A model generated the notes under the pieces. It did no database searches. It saw only the letters and a list, made by a program, of their open reading frames with translations, and was not told the DNA's origin. 28,690 bases of DNA, taken from contig JAMDHS010000020.1 of assembly GCA_029717555.1 (NCBI GenBank), forward strand, positions 248,001-276,690. The letters run 5' to 3'. The stretch comes from Peribolospora baueri (taxonomy: Eukaryota). Shown here one piece after another: positions 23,128-28,690 of the stretch (position 1 is its first letter; each line of letters opens with the position of its first letter). A program made the position numbers and the translations under genes.

Positions 23128-23773
23128 CTAAGGAGACTGCGCCTTTGCTCCTAGGGCCTTGACCTTATCGACGATCTCGGCAAACGTCTTCTTCTGCTCC
23201 TCTGTCGGCTTTACCGACGATGGCTGTGAAGAACACCCTTCGGGGGAACCTGACGAATACCGGATGACAACAAGGAGAAACTTGAGCGAAGGTCCTCGAG
23301 CGGATCGAGTAGGACGAAGAGGAACGTGCGTGGGAGAAATAACGAGAGCACCGATGACCAACCGTTGACCCATTGAAAACCATTGTTGGCAAAGAAGATC
23401 TGATGGTCCATTCCATAGATGTCCTCCGATCCCTGGGGTTCCTCGGTGGGGAGCCCCTTGAGCTTGTCTACGATGTCGAGTACGCCCGAGCTCTTGACGA
23501 CGTCGGCGGAGAGCTGGGAGTGTGCCTCGTCAAATCCCTTGGAACCCTTCTGCTTGACAAAAGTCTTAATCAGAAAGGGGCCGGAGGCGGTGCTCGAGGA
23601 GAGCTCGACGATGTGCTGGGGCGTTGCGGGGACGAAGCCGCCGACGATGCCTTTGCGGGGAAGGAAAGGCCGCCGAGGTACGAGGTGAGCAAGAGCGGGT
23701 TGCCTACAGAACGAAAACAGGACCGACCAAAGTACTGACCATGCTGCATCCGGAGAAAGAGACCGTCCGACAT
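23128..23773 (-). CDS. Small uncharacterised protein, 147 aa, 3 exons
   Basis: Exons (-) 23773-23740, 23650-23363, 23249-23128 (444 nt; donors GTCAGT and GTTGGT, acceptors AAG and CAG). Product: MSDGLFLRMQHGIVGGFVPATP...LPTEEPQGSEDIYGMDHQIFFANNGFQWVNGSPEGCSSQPSSVKPTEEQKKTFAEIVDKVKALGAKAQSP. Globular composition with clean joins. Confidence 0.8.
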
Positions 23774-24045
23774 GTTGTCCTATATGCTGGGAACGCGCCA
23801 AGCAAAGTCGAATGCGGGGACTGGGGGACAGAAGCTACAGGGACACCAAGCTTTCTCCACTCGAAGGTCAAGCGTACGAACGACGAGTAACGTCCAACGT
23901 GCACAGCTGGAACAAAACGAACGAGAAAAGCAGATCTGAGCGAACAAGGCAAACGAAGGGGAGAGAGACGTGACGATGGTTATGGTGGTAGTGATAGTGA
24001 CGACAGTCACAGATAACCCCCTCGGATATGACGCAACTCGAGCAA

Positions 24046-24061
24046 CACGTCACGTGACGTG
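24046..24061. promoter_or_regulatory. 16-bp palindrome CACGTCACGTGACGTG (E-box core) in a divergent promoter
   Basis: Perfect palindrome containing GTCACGTGAC, with a second CCACGTGG at 24083-24090. It lies between the ATGs at 23773 (-) and 24187 (+). Confidence 0.55.
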
Positions 24062-24186
24062 CTGCGGTCGCGCCGCGCCGCGCCACGTGGGAGACGCTGA
24101 TAACGGCCCAAGCCAAGCCATCCGGGCGGTCAGGCGTCGGTCCTCTGTCTTCTTCTCACCACCTCCATCCCCTCCGCCGCTTCTTC

Positions 24187-26608
24187 ATGCTCGGCCGTTC
24201 ACGTCATATCAGCACAAACATCAGGTCATCGTTTTCTCCTCGCCCCGTTCTTTCTCCCCTGACGCTCGTTCTCAACCTCAGCTGCGCCTCTTCTCCGTCG
24301 TCGCTGTCTCGCTCTTTGGCTGGCCAGTCTGACCTGCTGCGCCGCGCCCTCGCAACGCCCGCTCACTGCGTTCATCGCATTCACCCCGAACACTCCTCTT
24401 GGCGAAGAACCGCATCCCGTTTTGACGCCCCCCATTCGCTCTCTGTGTTGTCTATTTGCGTTCGTGTCTCCTCTTCATCATCCTTGGTCGCGCTTCCTTC
24501 CAAAAGTCCAAAAATGTCCCCTTCCTCCGCCGTGCCCAACATCGACACCCATGCCTCGCTCCAACAACGACGTCCACACTCTTCAAAGTCGGGCGGTCAT
24601 GAGCATCACGACCATAAAGGCGGAGACGCCTCACCCACCTCCAGCGCGACGTCCGCAAACTCTCCACACCAAGATCTCGCCCATCAACACTCGCACAGCA
24701 TCTTCTCGGGACATCATCATCACCACCACGCCGCCGACGAGGATGAGACGGAACAGCTGTTGCAGGCTTTGAAGGGCAAGGGTGAGTTTATTATTCCTTT
24801 CTATCGTAGCGGAGAAGGAGCGATCTGAACAGGAGGTCAGACGCGCTGACGAGTACCTCTCCGGCCCTCAACTCCTTCCCTTCTTCCAGGCGATCGCGGA
24901 AGCAATATCACCCTCATCGGTCTGGGTGCCAACGTCGGCTTGACGGCCGCTAAGGGTGCGGCTGGTGTGTGAGTTGTCTTATTGCTCGAAATGCAGAGTT
25001 GACGGCGCTTGCAATCACGCATGGGGTTAAAGGAAAGGCGAGGGAACGAGGATATGATCGCTCATGTGCTATGATGCTTTATTTATTGATTTGCTTTTGC
25101 GTTGCTCTTTTACGCTGTATAGCGCCTTGAACAGCGCAGCGCTCTTGGCCGACGCTGCTCACTCGATGAGTGGTAAGTCTACCAACACCGAGTCACCTTG
25201 ACCGTGTTTCTTAGGATCAGCCGACGGCAAGGTCCTGGTGGTAATGACCGTGAATTCGCCTACTTTCTTCCTTGCTTATTTTGTTCCTTGCACCGTTCCC
25301 CCGTGCTTGATTGATTACACACTCAACGGATAGACATGATCTCCGACTTTGTGACCCTCTTTTGCTGGAAGCTCTCCAGGAAGCCACCGTCGGCTACGCA
25401 TCCCATGGGTTATGGTGAGTAGCGTGGCTGGATTTGCTCTGGCTCCTTGCTTTAACCCACAGGAAGGTATCTAGGGCTCATCGTTCCGTCTCTCTTCCAC
25501 CGCACTCACATGGCGAACAGGGAAGTATGAGACTATGGGCTCGTTGGGCGTATCCGTCCTTCTCGTCGCTGGAGGTAAGCTCCGGAAGCCTTCACGAGGA
25601 AGTTTTACGCTCTTTCGCTGCTCTGACTAGGCTCATCGCGTCTCTATTCAGCGATCGGTATCGGTTTCCACTCCTACCACCTCCTTCTCGAGGCCATCCA
25701 GCCCACCATCGCGCACGCTCCCGCCGCAGTACGGACGGCCGCCCACGCCATGGCCACAGCGGCCGAGGCCGGCGCGCACCTCGGCCACGAGCACCACTTG
25801 TCGACTGAGGAGCACGGCGTTTTGGATCCAAATGCGATGTGGTTCGCGCTGGCATCCATTGTCATCAAGGAATGGCTCTACCGAGCGACGCTCAAGATCG
25901 CAAAGGAAGAAGACTCGAGTGTGCTCGAGGCCAACGCGCTCCATCACCGTAGCGACGCTTACTCCTCCGGCGTCACCTTGCTCACGATCCTGGGCTCTTG
26001 GGCCGGGTTCCCAGTGCTGGATCCGCTCGGAGGTTTGCTTGTCGCTGGCATCATCGGCAAACAAGGAATGGACGTGTTCCTCAGCGCTGTCAAAGAGCTG
26101 TCCGACCGGGGCGTGGAGCCAGAGGTGCTACGGTGAGTAGCAACCATCGAATCAAGTACCGCGCATCTCTCCAAAGCGCCCGCGACCCGGTCGAACTGAC
26201 TAGCTCCTCGCCCTCGTGATGCCCAACCCTCTTGCATGATTGTGATGGTCAGAGAACTATCCAACATCGTCTCCTCCATGCAATCCGCGGAACCCAACCG
26301 GATCCTCGGCTTCCGCGACCTCAAGGCTCTCAAGAGCGGTGTGTCGACGTTCGTGGACCTCAAGCTCGACCTGCCGGCTTCGATTTACCTCAAGGAGGCG
26401 CATGATATCGAGTCGAGGGTGCGCAAGGCGATCATGGATCAGAAGAAAGGAGTGAGTTTTCCGTTTCTCCATCGATCACGACGTCTATCGTCCTCGATTC
26501 GTCCTGGCTCACGGAGTTCCTTGTCGCCCATCGCAGGTCAGAGAGGTTCGCATCCACCTCCATGCGGTGGAAGACGGGAAGGAAGGGGAGGTCCACCCGG
26601 GCTGCTGA
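24187..26608 (+). CDS. Mitochondrial cation diffusion facilitator (Mmt1/Mmt2-like metal/iron transporter), ~536 aa, 8 exons
   Basis: Exons 24187-24781, 24890-24968, 25123-25172, 25334-25414, 25521-25574, 25652-26132, 26253-26451, 26537-26608 (1611 nt). Arg/Ser-rich presequence-like N-terminus, His-rich tract, GDRGSNITLIGLGANVGL, ALLADAAHSMSDMISD, HPMGYGKYET, KEWLYRAT, ANALHHRSD and C-terminal EVRIHLH. Confidence 0.93.
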
Positions 26609-26880
26609 AATAGATACCTACGTTGCTACCTATCTATCTATTTTATCCTTCGCCCAACCTAAGTCAGTTGTACACTAGAATCCATCGTTGGAGAGGGCGA
26701 ATGGAGAAGGACAATGTGCAGTTTTTCGAAACCGTCGCAGATGTGAGAGAGAGAGGCTCGGCTGCGGTCGTTTCATTTATGCGTCCATCTTGCGCGACGC
26801 GTACGCCGATCCTCTGGCGACAAGCATCGATTCAAGGCACAGGTGGACTCGCAAGTCCCTTCTCCAGCATCGCTTTTACC

Positions 26881-28649
26881 ATGTCCACAACTGCATCGGC
26901 CACGGCGGACATTCATCTCTTTTCCGGCTCTCCGCCCGGCTACCTTCTTCTCGAGCTGCCTCCAGAGATTGCCAAGCTCTTCGAAGACGCAGGCGATGGG
27001 AGGGATGAAGAGCGGCGAGCGGCTGGGTAGGTCGTACGTTCGGAAGACGCGGTACATGGGCCGGGGCCAAGCCTCATGTTCGAACTGAAGTGGTCTCTGG
27101 TTTACCCTTTCCACCTTTCGCCTCCACGCCGTTTTTTCCATCTCTCCAGGCTGACGATCAAGGGCCGTCAAGCGGACGACGCGGTGCTCTGCACTTCTGA
27201 CAAGACCTACTCGCTCCGTCAGATCGTGCAGTCCAATTCGCTCCTCCTCCTCTCTGCCGACAGCCGCACAGCGCCGGAACCAGAGCAGGGTCAACGGGAG
27301 ACGGCGAGGGTGGGCGAGAGCGATGGCCAGCGACCACGAGCACGACTGACGCTGAGGGACAATCTGGAGACGCTAATTGAGCTCGTTCCCGTCGTGCCGA
27401 GGTTGGAGAGGATCGAGGGCATACTGAGCGAGTCGGCGTACAAGGGGCCTCTTGAGGAGGAGGAGGAAGAAGAGCAAGAGAACGGACGACAAGTGCGTGC
27501 GAACTACTCGACTCGCGCTCTTTTCTCGCCGTCATCGCTCTTTGACCGCGTTCCCTCCGTCCTTTGATCTTCCCTATGACAGCGTAAACGACGAAAATAC
27601 ACGGCTCACCAGCTCCGCTCTGTCGTTCAGGCCAGTGATGGAGAGCTGCAGAAGGGGCTGGATGAGAAACGGGTGGTCCTGCTCGATGGTGAGCCATGAA
27701 GCCAATCTGCCGCTTTCGGCACGTCGTCCCTCAGCCTGCCCGTCGCTGACCTCGTGTGTCGGTCTTATACCATCAGGCTACTACCGACTCCTTCACCCGC
27801 CCTACCTCTCCACCGTCCTCGACGCCCTTCTAACCACGATTACCGCCGAAGGCATGGATCCTCGTCGTCTAGATACGCAGCGCCTCATCGACGCCCTGGA
27901 ATCGGAGCATGACGTGCGCCCAGAGATCGGTCGGGCCGTGCTTGGATGGTACTCGAAGCCTCGGTCTGACGGGGCGGGCGTGGGCGCCAGTGGTGGCACA
28001 GAAGCAGAGCTGGACCAGAAGACGGTGATCCAGTTTATGGGTCTCGAGATTCTCATGCGGAGAGCTGTGAGCAGAACAGAAAAGGTTTCGGCCGTCTCAG
28101 CTGGCTCTTCTTCTCCCTGCTCACCATCAGTTTCTGATCTGCTTCTTCAGAGGACGTCGATCCCTTTGGAAACGTTCATGTCAGAGTGGAAGAAAAAAGT
28201 GGGCGACTCTCTCGCGGACGAGGTGGATCTAAAGCTCCTCGAGGTGCGCTTTCCCCTCCCGTCTTTTCCCGCGAATGGAAGGGAAAGGGGCCAACTGATT
28301 TTTTCGTGGAAGCGAGCCGACTTCTGACAGTGCCGTGATATCACTCCTCTCTTTCGTTCGTTCGTTCGTTCGTTCGTTTGCGTAGGGCAACCACCTGATC
28401 GAGAAGACATCTCCCTCCACTCCGCCCACAATACTCTACTTCCCCTCCTCCGCCCTGTCCACCGACGCATCCATTCGGTTCAACGAGCTCTTCCTGACTC
28501 GGACGGCATGGAGGGCGGAAGAGATCCGACCGTACCTGAAGGACGTGGCGGTGGACGATAAGAAACGTGATGCGCTGCTTATGAAGTTTGCAAGAGCAAC
28601 GAAGCACAAGGATGGGAGTATGACGTATACGGCTCGGAGTAGGGTGTGA
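26881..28649 (+). CDS. DCC1: Sister chromatid cohesion protein Dcc1 (Ctf18-RFC subunit), ~413 aa, 6 exons
   Basis: Exons 26881-27026, 27150-27492, 27583-27688, 27777-28066, 28151-28243, 28386-28649 (1242 nt). Motifs: YLLLELPPEI, LTIKG..DDAVLCTSDKTYSLRQIVQSNSLLL, VQASDGEL, RFNELFLTRTAWRAEEIRPYL, LLMKFAR. Confidence 0.93.
28353..28378. repeat. (TTCG)n microsatellite in the last DCC1 intron
   Basis: About six TTCG units between the putative CTGAC branch site and the TAG acceptor. Confidence 0.85.
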
Positions 28650-28690
28650 GAGGAAGGAACGGAGGGAGACTCCCTCCGTTCCTTCCTCTC
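28648..28690. repeat. Perfect inverted repeat (21-bp arms, 1-nt spacer) running to the window end
   Basis: GAGAGGAAGGAACGGAGGGAG-A-CTCCCTCCGTTCCTTCCTCTC. Confidence 0.95.

Noticed and set aside
14237..28649. Stop-codon read-through or cryptic peroxisomal (PTS1) extensions known from smut fungi
   Set aside because: None of the six visible stops has the TGA-CTA context, and no modelled C-terminus ends in an SKL-like tripeptide.

Overview
GC-rich, intron-rich eukaryotic DNA that looks fungal, most likely a basidiomycete (GT-AG introns of about 70-170 nt; taxon is inference). Splicing by hand, with reading phase checked across every junction, gives seven genes. (1) O-GlcNAc transferase (GT41/TPR) on the - strand, running off the left edge, with a ~1000-aa low-complexity N-terminal extension. 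(2) A divergent ~1615-aa Gln-rich protein with an ARID domain plus a segment resembling the Gal11/Med15 C-terminal domain. (3) An OPT/YSL-family transporter with a Cys-rich tail. (4) Fimbrin. (5) A 147-aa uncharacterised protein. (6) An Mmt1/2-like mitochondrial CDF metal transporter. (7) Dcc1. Most ORF-track entries are exon fragments or antisense shadows. I saw no rRNA, tRNA, transposon or CRISPR signal. The best leads are the ARID + Med15-like architecture, the AT-hook-like motif in the OGT extension, the CxxCxxxCxxxC tail of the transporter, the small protein sharing a promoter with the CDF gene, and a perfect fold-back at the window end. All family calls come from recalled motifs, not searches.
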